From positions 1 through 28,146 of the forward strand of contig JAWSUS010000033.1 in the NCBI GenBank assembly GCA_033549025.1: a DNA stretch of 28,146 bases, written 5' to 3'. Shown here piece by piece: positions 1 to 8,915 of this stretch; positions within the stretch are counted from its first letter, which is position 1; each line of letters begins with the position of its first letter. The DNA comes from Desulfuromonadales bacterium. Its GTDB lineage: Bacteria > Desulfobacterota > Desulfuromonadia > Desulfuromonadales > SZUA-540. A program made the position numbers and the translations under genes. The notes below the pieces were generated by a model. It did not search any database. It had not been told where the DNA came from and saw only the letters and a program-made list of their open reading frames with translations.

Positions 1-77
1 CAAAATCCGATAATTAATCCGTTGAGTCTACGATGTCCTGGCACAAAAAAGTGTCTACGATCTCGTGGCACTCAACA
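1..77 (-). mobile_element. Probable terminal end of an insertion sequence (IS21-like); the rest would lie left of the window
   Basis: The minus strand from 77 reads TGTTGAGTGCCACGAGATCGTAGACAC-TTTTTT-GTGCCAGGACATCGTAGACTC: a TGT terminus plus two imperfect 21-bp direct repeats. It starts 1 bp after the dctQ stop codon, where dctM would be expected. No transposase is visible in the window. Confidence 0.6.
24..71. repeat. Two imperfect 21-bp direct repeats, 27-bp period
   Basis: gagtctacgatgtcctggcac (24-44) versus gtgtctacgatctcgtggcac (51-71), 18/21 identical. Confidence 0.9.
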
Positions 78-78
78 A

Positions 79-573
79 CTAGTCTTTAAGGGGGCCGCGC
101 CAGTCCTCGACCATGATGACGAATGTCCGTACAAACATCATAAAGCCGATGACGGGCAGCACGGCATAAAAATACCACTCGGGTATCTGCAGGGTCGCCG
201 TGCGGGCGTATTCATCCAGATAGACCTGCTTGGTGAGCTGAAAGCCGAGCCACATCATAATGGCGCCGAAGAGCAGAACCACCAGGTGGCTGAACAGGGT
301 CAGGGGCTTGCGCAGTACGGGCATGAGCTGAGGCAGAGCATCGATGCGGATGAGGGAGCGGCGCCGGATGGCGGCACTGCAGCCGACATAGGTGGAAAAG
401 AAAATAACCTTGCGCACCACCTCGTCGGACCAATAGAGGTTGATGCTGGTGGTCTTGCGCAGGATGACGTTGGCCATGGCGGCGGTCAGGGCGATTGCCA
501 CCGTCAGAAAAAGGGACCAGTCTTCCACGAAGGCGAAGGTCCGATCGATGACCCGGAAGGTTTTTTTGATCAT
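79..573 (-). CDS. dctQ: TRAP transporter small permease subunit
   Basis: 164 aa with four hydrophobic segments. It carries the DctQ-like pattern NVILR...WSDEVVR...IRID...IPEWYFY and lies downstream of two DctP genes. Confidence 0.9.
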   Translation of the reverse strand: MIKKTFRVIDRTFAFVEDWSLFLTVAIALTAAMANVILRKTTSINLYWSDEVVRKVIFFSTYVGCSAAIRRRSLIRIDALPQLMPVLRKPLTLFSHLVVLLFGAIMMWLGFQLTKQVYLDEYARTATLQIPEWYFYAVLPVIGFMMFVRTFVIMVEDWRGPLKD

Positions 574-687
574 GGCTCACATTTCAGGGGAAAAGAGCCC
601 GGTTCGTGGTCTCGGCTGTCCGTCATGCATGGCGGGCGATTCTGGCCGGGCCGATGTTTCGGGCGGTAAAAAGCAGTAAACGGGGGC

Positions 688-716
688 AGGATAGCGGAGG
701 AAGGGGGCAAAATCAA
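688..716 (-). promoter_or_regulatory. Putative sigma70 promoter for dctQ
   Basis: Minus strand TTGATT-17 bp-TATCCT. Confidence 0.5.
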
Positions 717-723
717 GGAATTT

Positions 724-753
724 GCAGGGCCCTGACCGGTGTCAGGGCCCTGC
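724..753 (-). terminator. Stem-loop 3' of dctP (terminator or mRNA-stabilising hairpin)
   Basis: Perfect 13-bp inverted repeat gcagggccctgac / gtcagggccctgc with a 4-nt loop, 10 bp after the dctP stop. There is no strong U-tract. Confidence 0.6.
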
Positions 754-763
754 CGTGAGCCGA

Positions 764-1804
764 TCAGGGTCCAAGAGTAGAGCGTACTTTTTGCAGGTAG
801 TCGGGGCCAATTTTTGCTCCCCAGGACTGATAGACAGGCGCAGCCATCTCGACCAGGCGGGCCCGGTCTTCGGCCGACAGGGCGAAAAACTCAACACCCT
901 TGGCCTTGGCGTCGGCCACCTGCTCGTCATGCTGGATTCTGGTGCGGTCGCGCGAGGCGGCGCTCTCCTCTTCGATGACTTCGATGAGAACGGTCTGCAG
1001 ATCCTTCGGCAGTTTGTCGAACCAGCGTTTGTTCATCAGGTGCACGAAAAGCCCTTGGGCGTAGTCGACCTGGGTAAAGTATTTGGCGACGTCGAACTTC
1101 TTGGTGATGTTGCACACCGTCGGGGTGTGGTCCAGACCGTTGATGACGCCGGTCTGCAGCGCCTGCGGGACGTCCGGCCAGGGCATGACGGTAAATTTGA
1201 GACCCCAGCTCTTGTAGATATCGGTATTTACCGGCGCCTGGGCAATGCGGAAATTGACTTTTTTGGCATCTTCGAGGGTGCGCACCGGAGTGGTGGTGGC
1301 CCAGCCGTAGGTGCCGTAGCCGGTGATGTCCACGACCATGATGCCGCTGCCCAGTGCGCTCTGCTTGAACTCGCCGAAGAGTTCTTCGGACTGGCGGAAA
1401 CGGTCGAGCTTGTCGAAGCTGTCGACGACGTAGGGCAGGTTGACGATGCCCAGCTTGTCGGCGACGTTGGCGGCGGCCACGGACGAGGAGAGCATCCCCT
1501 GGACGGCGCCCATTTTCAGTTTGCTGATGACATCCTTCTCGCCGCCAAGCTGGGAGAGGGGGCGAAAGTCCACATAAAGGCGGCCGCCGCTGCGCTCCCA
1601 GACCTTGTCGCGAATGCGGTAGCCAACCCCGACTCCTTCGATGGCGGGGTGCGACACATTGGAGAGGATGTAGGTATATTCGGCCCCTTTTGGGTCAAAA
1701 GCGGGCTTCCAGGCGGCCAGGGGGTCTTTGGAATCTGCGGCCAGGGCAGCTCCCCCCCAGGTCAGGGCGACGAGGGTCAATAAAGCCGTAATGAACGTTT
1801 TCAT
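764..1804 (-). CDS. dctP: TRAP transporter substrate-binding protein (DctP family), paralog 1
   Basis: Signal peptide MKTFITALL...ALA. Motifs QLGGEKDVISKLKMGAV, NLPY, FRIA (conserved Arg) and MPWPDVPQALQTGVING. Start placed at ATG 1804 because AGGAG lies upstream; the ORF track extends to 1858. Confidence 0.92.
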   Translation of the reverse strand: MKTFITALLTLVALTWGGAALAADSKDPLAAWKPAFDPKGAEYTYILSNVSHPAIEGVGVGYRIRDKVWERSGGRLYVDFRPLSQLGGEKDVISKLKMGAVQGMLSSSVAAANVADKLGIVNLPYVVDSFDKLDRFRQSEELFGEFKQSALGSGIMVVDITGYGTYGWATTTPVRTLEDAKKVNFRIAQAPVNTDIYKSWGLKFTVMPWPDVPQALQTGVINGLDHTPTVCNITKKFDVAKYFTQVDYAQGLFVHLMNKRWFDKLPKDLQTVLIEVIEEESAASRDRTRIQHDEQVADAKAKGVEFFALSAEDRARLVEMAAPVYQSWGAKIGPDYLQKVRSTLGP

Positions 1805-1856
1805 AAAAACTCCTGTGGCAGAAAAAGGGACAAGCATGAGCCTGAAATGAAAAATC

Positions 1857-1885
1857 ATGCTATTACAAACCCTGTTTTAAGGCAA
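1857..1885 (-). promoter_or_regulatory. Putative sigma70 promoter for dctP paralog 1
   Basis: Minus strand TTGCCT-17 bp-TAGCAT in an AT-rich intergenic region. Confidence 0.5.
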
Positions 1886-1954
1886 AGAAATTTTAGAAGA
1901 AAAGTTCGTAAAAACAGCAGTTTTGGGGGTATGGAAATTTTTTTGGGGAGGTGA

Positions 1955-2006
1955 AACGAAAAAACCCCGGATGGCAAAAAGTCTTTCTGCCATCCGGGGT
2001 TTCGTT
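1955..2006 (-). terminator. Rho-independent terminator after dctP paralog 2
   Basis: Stem ccccggatggca (1965-1976) / tgccatccgggg (1988-1999), followed on the minus strand by a T-run. Confidence 0.85.
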
Positions 2007-2024
2007 ATTGGCGATAGGTGCGAG

Positions 2025-3074
2025 CTATTGGCCCAGCGTCTCGCGCACTTTTTTCAGATAATCGGCGCCGATCCTTTCGCCCCATTTCTGGTAAACGGGT
2101 TCGCTCTGTTTAATGAGCTGCTGGCGGTCGGCTTGGGACAGGGTAATAAATTCGACGCCCTGTCCCTTGGCGGCCTCGATCTGCTCCTCCTGCTGTTTCA
2201 TGGTCAGCGCACGGGCCTTGGCGCTCTCTTCGGCAATGACCTCCAGCATGATCGTTTGCAGATCGGCGGGAAGGGCCTCGAACCATTTCTTGTTCATGAG
2301 GTGGATGTACAGCCCCTGGGCATAGTCGAGACGGGTGAAGTATTTGGCCACATCGAATTTATTGGTGATGCTGCAGACGATAGGGGTGTGGTCGAGGCCA
2401 TTGATGACGCCGGTCGCCAGGGCCTGGGGTACATCGGGCCAGGGCATGACGGTAAATTTAAGGCTCCAGGCTTTGTAGATGTCGGCATTGACCGGGGCTT
2501 GGGCCACCCGGAAATTGGTGTTTTTGGCGTCCGTCAGGGTGCGGACCGGCGTGGTGGTGGCCCAGCCGTAGGTACCATAGCCGGTGAAATCAACCACCTT
2601 GACCCCCTGGGCCTCGGCGCTCTGGCTGAATGGGCCGAAGAGTTCGGGTTCGTTGCGGAAGCGCTCCAGTTTATCGAAACTGTCGATGACGAAGGGAAGA
2701 TTCACGATGCCGAGGGTGCTGGCGACATTGACCGCGGCCACCGAAGAACAGAGCATCCCCTGCACGGCCCCCATTTTCAGTTTGCTGATGACATCCTTTT
2801 CGCCGCCCATTTGGGCGAAGGGGCGAAAATCCACGTAGATCTGACCGTTGCTGCGTTCCCAGAGGCGATCCCGAATATGATAGCCGACGGCAATACCCTC
2901 GATGGCAGGATGGTCCACGTTGGAGAGGATATAGGTGTATTTGGCCCCGCTGGGATCGAACTTCGGCTTCCACTGGTCCAGCAGCTCCTGCTGACTGGCG
3001 GCCGCAGCCAGGGACCCGGTCAGGCAGAGAAAGAGTAGAGTAAGAGGCAGGATCAGTCGCACATGGTTTTTCAT
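2025..3074 (-). CDS. dctP: TRAP transporter substrate-binding protein (DctP family), paralog 2
   Basis: Signal peptide and the same DctP motifs (QMGGEKDVISKLKMGAV, FRVAQAP, MPWPDVPQALATGVING). It is colinear with paralog 1. Start placed at ATG 3074 behind AAGGGGG. Confidence 0.92.
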   Translation of the reverse strand: MKNHVRLILPLTLLFLCLTGSLAAAASQQELLDQWKPKFDPSGAKYTYILSNVDHPAIEGIAVGYHIRDRLWERSNGQIYVDFRPFAQMGGEKDVISKLKMGAVQGMLCSSVAAVNVASTLGIVNLPFVIDSFDKLERFRNEPELFGPFSQSAEAQGVKVVDFTGYGTYGWATTTPVRTLTDAKNTNFRVAQAPVNADIYKAWSLKFTVMPWPDVPQALATGVINGLDHTPIVCSITNKFDVAKYFTRLDYAQGLYIHLMNKKWFEALPADLQTIMLEVIAEESAKARALTMKQQEEQIEAAKGQGVEFITLSQADRQQLIKQSEPVYQKWGERIGADYLKKVRETLGQ

Positions 3075-3128
3075 AGAAACCCCCTTTTCATGGTCGGACA
3101 CTGCAGCAACAAATCGTCATGACCAAGA

Positions 3129-3157
3129 AGACTAAAGCCTAACCTCAGGGTGGTCAA
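3129..3157 (-). promoter_or_regulatory. Putative sigma70 promoter for dctP paralog 2
   Basis: Minus strand TTGACC-17 bp-TAGTCT. Confidence 0.5.
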
Positions 3158-3250
3158 GAAAAAAACAGTTAGCCCAGGGGGAGATAGCCCGCTTGAAGTA
3201 AGCAGAAAGTTGGATACTTTTAAAGGCAGAGGATTCATGAGAGACGGGCC

Positions 3251-3296
3251 TTGACGAATAATTGCAAAATGGATATATATTTCTTTTAGAATATAT
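3251..3296 (+). promoter_or_regulatory. Putative promoter of the efflux operon with an overlapping palindromic operator
   Basis: TTGACG (3251-3256)-17 bp-TATATA (3274-3279). The palindrome ATATATT-N8-AATATAT (3275-3296) overlaps the -10 region and the likely start site. Confidence 0.5.
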
Positions 3297-3310
3297 GAAA
3301 GGTGATCCTG

Positions 3311-4636
3311 ATGCGCGTAGTGATTTCCCTGTTTCTGTTGTTATGGCCCGCCGCCCTCTGGGCGGAAACCCTCGATTTTCCCACGGCTCTGCAGGAGGCC
3401 ATCGAGAAAAGGCCCTTCGCCGAGGCGGCCCGCAAGGACGCCGAAGCGGCGGCAGGGGCGGCCGGCGAGGTGCGCAGCCGTTATCTTCCCCGCCTGACCT
3501 TTTCCGAGCGGTTTACCTGGACCAATGAGCCCGGCAGCAGCCTCTTTATCAGCCTGAACCAGGAGGACCTCGTCATTCGGGAGGCCGATTACTACAACAA
3601 CCCTGACGACCGCAAGGATTTCGAAACGCGGTTCGACCTGAATCAGGTGCTTTATGACCCGGATGTCTCCTATGGCTACCGGCGTGCCCAGAAAGGCGCC
3701 GCCGCCGCCAATGAGCAGGCGCGCTGGGCCGAAGAGGAGGCCGGCTTCGACCTCTTCCGCGCCTATCTGGGCCTGCAGCAGGCCATGGGGGCGCAGGACT
3801 GGGCCGCAAGCGCGCGCCGTCAGGCCGAGGAGGTGCATCGCCTGGCGCAGGAGCGTCAGGCGGAAGGGCTCGGGTTGAAGGCGGATACTTTGCAGGCGGC
3901 GGTCTTTCTGGCCGACGCGCGGCGCCGGGAGCGAAGCGCCGCCAACGACGTCGCCCAGGCCCAACAGGCCCTGGCTCTGGCCCTGGGGCGTGATGGAAGG
4001 GAGGTCCGCCTTGGCCGTCCCCTGCAGCCGGAAGATTTCGACACTCCCGCCTCGGTGGGGGCCCCGGACCGCAGCGACCTCAGGGCTTTGTCTCTGCGCG
4101 AAGAAGAAGCCAGGCTGGCGGTGAAGCAAAGCCGGGCCGCCTATTTTCCCAAGGTAGGGCTTGGCGCTTCCTATGTTTTCCACGACGGGTCGACTCCCCT
4201 GGGCACGGAAGCGGAGAGCTGGATGCTGCACGCCGGCCTGACCTGGGAGCTTTTTGACGGTTTCCGGCGCTCGCAGGGACGGAGCCGGGCCGAAGCCACC
4301 CGGGAGGCTATCCAATGGCGGCGGCAGGAGGCCGTCCGGCAGGCGATTCTGCAGAGGGACGAAGCCGGGCGCCGCATCGAGGAAGCCCGCCTCAACCTGG
4401 AGACGGCCCGCCAGAGTGAAAAACAGGGGGCCGAGAGCCTGAGGCTTCTTCAAGAGCGTTACACGGTCGGATTGACGGATATGGCCGACCTGCTGGCGGC
4501 CCAGACGGCCGTGGAGCGCACCCGCCTCGAAACCATCCGGGCCGAGGCTCAGCTCATTTTTTCCCTGGCCAGCCGCCATTTTCAACAGGGCACCTTTTTG
4601 CAAACGTTTCTGTCCTCCGAGGAGATGAACCAGTGA
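3311..4636 (+). CDS. TolC-family outer membrane efflux protein
   Basis: Signal peptide (ALWA) and two OEP repeats (SRYLPRLTF, AAYFPKVGL; LTWELFDG; RYTVGLTDMADLLAAQ). ATG 3311 follows GAAAGGTGA. Confidence 0.9.
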   Translation: MRVVISLFLLLWPAALWAETLDFPTALQEAIEKRPFAEAARKDAEAAAGAAGEVRSRYLPRLTFSERFTWTNEPGSSLFISLNQEDLVIREADYYNNPDDRKDFETRFDLNQVLYDPDVSYGYRRAQKGAAAANEQARWAEEEAGFDLFRAYLGLQQAMGAQDWAASARRQAEEVHRLAQERQAEGLGLKADTLQAAVFLADARRRERSAANDVAQAQQALALALGRDGREVRLGRPLQPEDFDTPASVGAPDRSDLRALSLREEEARLAVKQSRAAYFPKVGLGASYVFHDGSTPLGTEAESWMLHAGLTWELFDGFRRSQGRSRAEATREAIQWRRQEAVRQAILQRDEAGRRIEEARLNLETARQSEKQGAESLRLLQERYTVGLTDMADLLAAQTAVERTRLETIRAEAQLIFSLASRHFQQGTFLQTFLSSEEMNQ

Positions 4637-5703
4637 AAAAACTGATGACCTATTGCAGCGCGTTGACCCTTCTTTTTCTGGCGGCCTGCGGCGGGGAGAT
4701 TCCTCCCGGGCAGACGGATATGGAAAAGACCATCCTGAAGGGCCTGCCCTTTCACGAGGTGACGGTCTCGACATCGGCGGATTCGGGGGCGCTGGTGGCG
4801 ACGGTGGAGAGTTCGGAGCGGGCTCTGCTGACCGCGCGTACCGACGGGCATCTTTTGCGACTGGCCGCCAGGGAGGGGAGTCTGGTGAAAAAGGGCGAGC
4901 TGCTGGCGACCATCGGGGACAACGCGGCCGGTAGAAAGCTGCAGGAAGCCGAAGGCGCCTTGGGCATGGCGACGGCCCGTTTGGAGCTGGCGGAAAAGAC
5001 CTTTGACCGTTATCAGAAACTCTCGGCAAAAGAAGCGGTCACTCCCCAGGAGTTGGATCAGATCGCTGCCGACCTGCGTGTGGCCCAAGACGGAAGGGCT
5101 GCGGCAGCTGCCGCTGTCGAGGCCGCCCGAATCGCCGCGGCCCACACCCGTATTGCGGCCCCCTATGACGGCAGGGTTTTGAGACACCTGGTCGAGGAAG
5201 GGAGCACGATTCTGCCCGGCACCCCTCTTCTCGAACTCGAGGGCCTCGGCGCCTGGCGGGTCAGGGTCGAAGTGCCCGAGTCCTACCGGGGCCGATTTGT
5301 CCCCGGTACGCCGGTGCGGGTAGAGATCCCTTCCCTGTCCAGACAACTGGAAGGAACGGTGACCGAAGTGCTGGCGGCGGCCGATCCACAGAGTCGCACC
5401 TTTCAGGTCAAAGCGGCACTCGGCGCCGGGGAGGGACTGACCAGCGGGATGTTCGCGCGGGTTTTCGTGCCGGGGGCGGAACGTACGAGCCTGTTCATCC
5501 CCCGCTCGGCCCTGCTGCAACGGGGACAACTGGCCGGGGTCTATGTACTGGAAGACGGCATTTTGCACTATCGCCTGGTAAAAACGGGCCGTCAGGTCGC
5601 GGATAGGGTGGAGATTCTCTCAGGCCTCCGCGCCGGCGAACGCATCCTGGCCGATAAGGTGGATAAAGCCAGCCATGGGGACCGGGTGGAGGAGGAGCGA
5701 TGA
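4633..5703 (+). CDS. RND efflux periplasmic adaptor (MFP) lipoprotein
   Basis: Lipobox LAAC, lipoyl-like halves (EGSLVKKGELL; IAAPYDGRV), DPQSRTFQVK and GMFARV. The start overlaps the TolC stop (GTGA). Confidence 0.92.
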   Translation: MKKLMTYCSALTLLFLAACGGEIPPGQTDMEKTILKGLPFHEVTVSTSADSGALVATVESSERALLTARTDGHLLRLAAREGSLVKKGELLATIGDNAAGRKLQEAEGALGMATARLELAEKTFDRYQKLSAKEAVTPQELDQIAADLRVAQDGRAAAAAAVEAARIAAAHTRIAAPYDGRVLRHLVEEGSTILPGTPLLELEGLGAWRVRVEVPESYRGRFVPGTPVRVEIPSLSRQLEGTVTEVLAAADPQSRTFQVKAALGAGEGLTSGMFARVFVPGAERTSLFIPRSALLQRGQLAGVYVLEDGILHYRLVKTGRQVADRVEILSGLRAGERILADKVDKASHGDRVEEER

Positions 5704-8700
5704 CGGCGAAAAAGCACTCCCTGCCGACCCGGATTGTCGACAAGTTTCTGGACGGCAATCTGTCGGTCATTCTCATCCTGCTGTCCGTTATTGCCGGTAT
5801 CGCCGCCCTCATGCTCACCCCTCGGGAGGAAGAGCCGCAGATCGTGGTGCCTCTGGCCGATGTCTACGTGCACATGCCGGGGGCCAGCGCCGAGGAAGTG
5901 GAAAAGCAGGTGTCCACCCGCCTGGAGAAGCTGCTGCTGCAGGTCGACGGGGTCGAATACGTCTATTCCATGTCCCGGCCGGATCTGGCGATCGTCACTG
6001 TACGGTTCTATGTCGGCGAGGATCGTATCGACTCGCTGGTCAAGCTGCATAACAAGATCATCACCCACATCGACATTGTGCCGCCGGGCGTCAGCGGCTG
6101 GGTCATCAAGCCGGTGGAGGTGGATGATGTCCCCATCGTCAACCTGACCCTTTATGCGGAGACCCTCTCCGATCATGATCTGCGCCGCGTCTCCGAAGAA
6201 GTGGTGGACCGTCTGCAGTCGGTGAAGAACAGCTCGGTGACGTCGGTGATCGGCGGCCGATCCCGGCAGGTACAGGTCGCGGTGGATGCGGGCGCCCTGG
6301 CTGCCCGGGGACTTGACCTGCTGGACCTGAAAAGAGCCCTGCAAGCCGCCAACCTCGATCTGCCGGCGGGCTCCTTTCAACAAAACAATGAAGAAATTCT
6401 TGTGCGTGGCGGCACCTTCCTGAACTCCGCGGCCGCAATGGAAGATCTCGTTATCGGCGTCCAGAACGGCAAGCCGGTCTTTCTGCGGGATGTGGCGACT
6501 GTTCACGATGGCATGGAGGAAGTCAAAAGCTATACCCGCCTGCGCTTTGGCCCGGCCGAGCCGGACGCCGATCGCGGCAAGGAATATCAGGCCGTGCACA
6601 TCGCCGTGTCGAAGCAGAAGGGAACCAATGCGGTTCGGGTGGCCGCGGAGGCCATCGAGGCGGTGGAATCCATGCGGGGAACGATCATTCCGGCCGAGAT
6701 TGAGCTGCGGGTCACGCGCAACTACGGGGAGACGGCCAACCACAAGGTCAATGAGCTCATGAAGCACCTGGTGATTGCTATCGTCACCGTGCTGGCACTG
6801 ATCTTCATCGCCCTTGGCTGGCGGGAGGCGCTGATTGTCGCGGTCTCCATCCCCATCATCTATTCGCTGACCCTGCTGGTCAACTACTGGTTCGGCTACA
6901 CCATCAACCGGGTGACCCTCTTTGCCCTGGTTTTGGCCCTCGGCCTGCTGGTCGACGATCCCATCGTCGATGTGGAGAATATCTACCGCCACTTCAAGAT
7001 GAAAAAGGAACCCCCCCGCGAGGCGGTGCTGACCGCCGTGGATGAGGTGCGCCCGCCGGTGATTCTGGCCACCCTGGCCGTCATCGTCTCTTTTCTGCCC
7101 ATGCTTTTTATCACCGGCATGATGGGGCCGTATATGCGGCCCATGGCCGTGAACGTGCCCCTGACTATGGTCATGTCCCTGCTGGTGGCTTTTACGGTGA
7201 CGCCCTGGATGACCTACCATGTCCTCAAGGGGGAGTATGGCAAGCAGGAAAAAGAGTATGTGCTGGAAGAAAGCCGCATCTACAAGGTCTATCGCCGGCT
7301 TATGCTCCCTTTTCTGGAGTCTCGCGGTCGTGCCTGGCTGCTGGTTGGCATGGTGGTATTGCTCTTCCTGGGCTCGGTAGCCATGCCCGCTTTCAACCTG
7401 GTGCCGCTGAAGATGCTCCCCTTCGACAACAAGAACGAGTTTCAGCTGGTGGTCGATCTGCCGGAAGGGGCCACGCTGGAAGAGACGGACCGGGCGGTGC
7501 GGGCGCTGGAGGACTATCTGGCAACGGTCAACGAGGTCACCGACTTCCAGTCCTATGTCGGGACGGCCAGCGCCATGGACTTCAACGGCATGGTGCGCCA
7601 CTATTACCTGCGCCAAGCGCCCAACCTGGCCGACATCCGCGTCAATCTGGCCCACAAGGAGCAACGGGATCAGCAGAGCCATGCCATCACGCTGCGGCTG
7701 CGGGACGATCTGACCCAAATCGCCATGAAACACGGGGCCCTGCTCAAGGTCGTCGAGGTGCCGCCAGGACCGCCGGTCATCAGCACCTTGGCGGCCGAGG
7801 TGTATGCGGAGCCTGGCCTGTCTTATGCTGAACAGATCGCCGCCGCCCGCCTGGTCAAGGAACGGATGGCTACGGAGGATAAGGTCGTCGATGTGGACGA
7901 TTCCGTCGAGGCCCCGCAACGGCGCTTTCAGTTCGTGCCTGACCGGACCCGTGCGTCCCTGTCGGGGGTGAGCGATGCCCAGATCGCACAGACGCTGGCC
8001 CTGGCGCTGGCCGGCGAAAAGGTCGGCGCGGTGCATCTGCCCAGCGAGCGGCACCCACTGCACATCATGCTGCGTCTCCCCCTGTCGGAACGCTCCTCGC
8101 TGGTGGCCCTCGAGGGCCTGCAGGTACGGACCCCCTCAGGGAAGATGGTGCGGCTGTCCGAACTCGGTCATTTTGAAGAGGAAGTGCTGGAGCCGACCAT
8201 CTATCATAAAAACCTGGATCGGGTCGTCTATGTCTTTGGCGAAATGGCCGGCAAGAGTCCGGTCAATGCGATCCTGAATCTTTCCTCGCACTTCAAAGAC
8301 AACCCCCTGCCCGAAGGGGCCAAAGTGGTCTGGGGCGGTGAGGGAGAATGGAAGATCACCGTGGACGCCTTCCGCGATCTGGGTATCGCCTTTGGCGCCG
8401 CCCTCATCCTCATCTTCATCCTGCTGCTGATCGAGACGGGTTCGTACGTGCTGCCGCTGATAATCATGGGCGCTATCCCCCTGACCATGATCGGCATCAT
8501 GCCGGGCTTCTGGCTGCTGAATCTCATTATGGACCGCCCTGTCGGGGGCTACGATAACCCGGTCTTCTTCACGGCGACCGCCATGATTGGCATGATCGCC
8601 CTGGCCGGTATCGTGGTGCGTAACTCCATCATTCTCATCGACTTCATCCACCATGCCCTCAAGCGAGGCGCTTCCCTCAAAGAAGCGATCATCGAGAGCG

Positions 8701-8915
8701 GGGCCGTGCGCCTGCGTCCCATTCTGCTGACGGCCGGCGCCGCCCTGCTGGGGAACTGGATCATCACCCTCGACCCGATCTTTTCCGGCCTGGCCTGGTC
8801 GATCATCTTCGGGGTCTTTGCTTCGACCGCCTTCACCCTGGTGGTGATCCCGGTGGTGTACTGGCTGGTTTACGGAAAAAACGCGGAACAACATGAGAGG
8901 AGATACAGACCATGA
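5700..8915 (+). CDS. RND efflux transporter permease (AcrB/AcrD/AcrF family)
   Basis: 1071 aa with PREEEPQI, GLLVDDPIVDVEN (proton-relay Asp pair), GIVVRNSIILIDF and RLRPILLT. ATGA overlap with the adaptor gene. Confidence 0.95.
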   Translation: MTAKKHSLPTRIVDKFLDGNLSVILILLSVIAGIAALMLTPREEEPQIVVPLADVYVHMPGASAEEVEKQVSTRLEKLLLQVDGVEYVYSMSRPDLAIVTVRFYVGEDRIDSLVKLHNKIITHIDIVPPGVSGWVIKPVEVDDVPIVNLTLYAETLSDHDLRRVSEEVVDRLQSVKNSSVTSVIGGRSRQVQVAVDAGALAARGLDLLDLKRALQAANLDLPAGSFQQNNEEILVRGGTFLNSAAAMEDLVIGVQNGKPVFLRDVATVHDGMEEVKSYTRLRFGPAEPDADRGKEYQAVHIAVSKQKGTNAVRVAAEAIEAVESMRGTIIPAEIELRVTRNYGETANHKVNELMKHLVIAIVTVLALIFIALGWREALIVAVSIPIIYSLTLLVNYWFGYTINRVTLFALVLALGLLVDDPIVDVENIYRHFKMKKEPPREAVLTAVDEVRPPVILATLAVIVSFLPMLFITGMMGPYMRPMAVNVPLTMVMSLLVAFTVTPWMTYHVLKGEYGKQEKEYVLEESRIYKVYRRLMLPFLESRGRAWLLVGMVVLLFLGSVAMPAFNLVPLKMLPFDNKNEFQLVVDLPEGATLEETDRAVRALEDYLATVNEVTDFQSYVGTASAMDFNGMVRHYYLRQAPNLADIRVNLAHKEQRDQQSHAITLRLRDDLTQIAMKHGALLKVVEVPPGPPVISTLAAEVYAEPGLSYAEQIAAARLVKERMATEDKVVDVDDSVEAPQRRFQFVPDRTRASLSGVSDAQIAQTLALALAGEKVGAVHLPSERHPLHIMLRLPLSERSSLVALEGLQVRTPSGKMVRLSELGHFEEEVLEPTIYHKNLDRVVYVFGEMAGKSPVNAILNLSSHFKDNPLPEGAKVVWGGEGEWKITVDAFRDLGIAFGAALILIFILLLIETGSYVLPLIIMGAIPLTMIGIMPGFWLLNLIMDRPVGGYDNPVFFTATAMIGMIALAGIVVRNSIILIDFIHHALKRGASLKEAIIESGAVRLRPILLTAGAALLGNWIITLDPIFSGLAWSIIFGVFASTAFTLVVIPVVYWLVYGKNAEQHERRYRP

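Noticed and set aside
24..71. Direct repeats as a CRISPR remnant
   Set aside because: There are only two units with a 6-bp spacer and no cas genes; the pattern fits a transposon end better.
722..3038. Long plus-strand ORFs 722-1783 and 1923-3038 that resemble each other
   Set aside because: They are antisense shadows of the two dctP paralogs; their similarity simply mirrors the duplication.
3341..8894. Long minus-strand ORFs (3341-5029, 4582-5568, 5592-8063, 8136-8894)
   Set aside because: They lie antisense to well-supported efflux genes, have no recognisable motifs, and are expected in GC-rich DNA.
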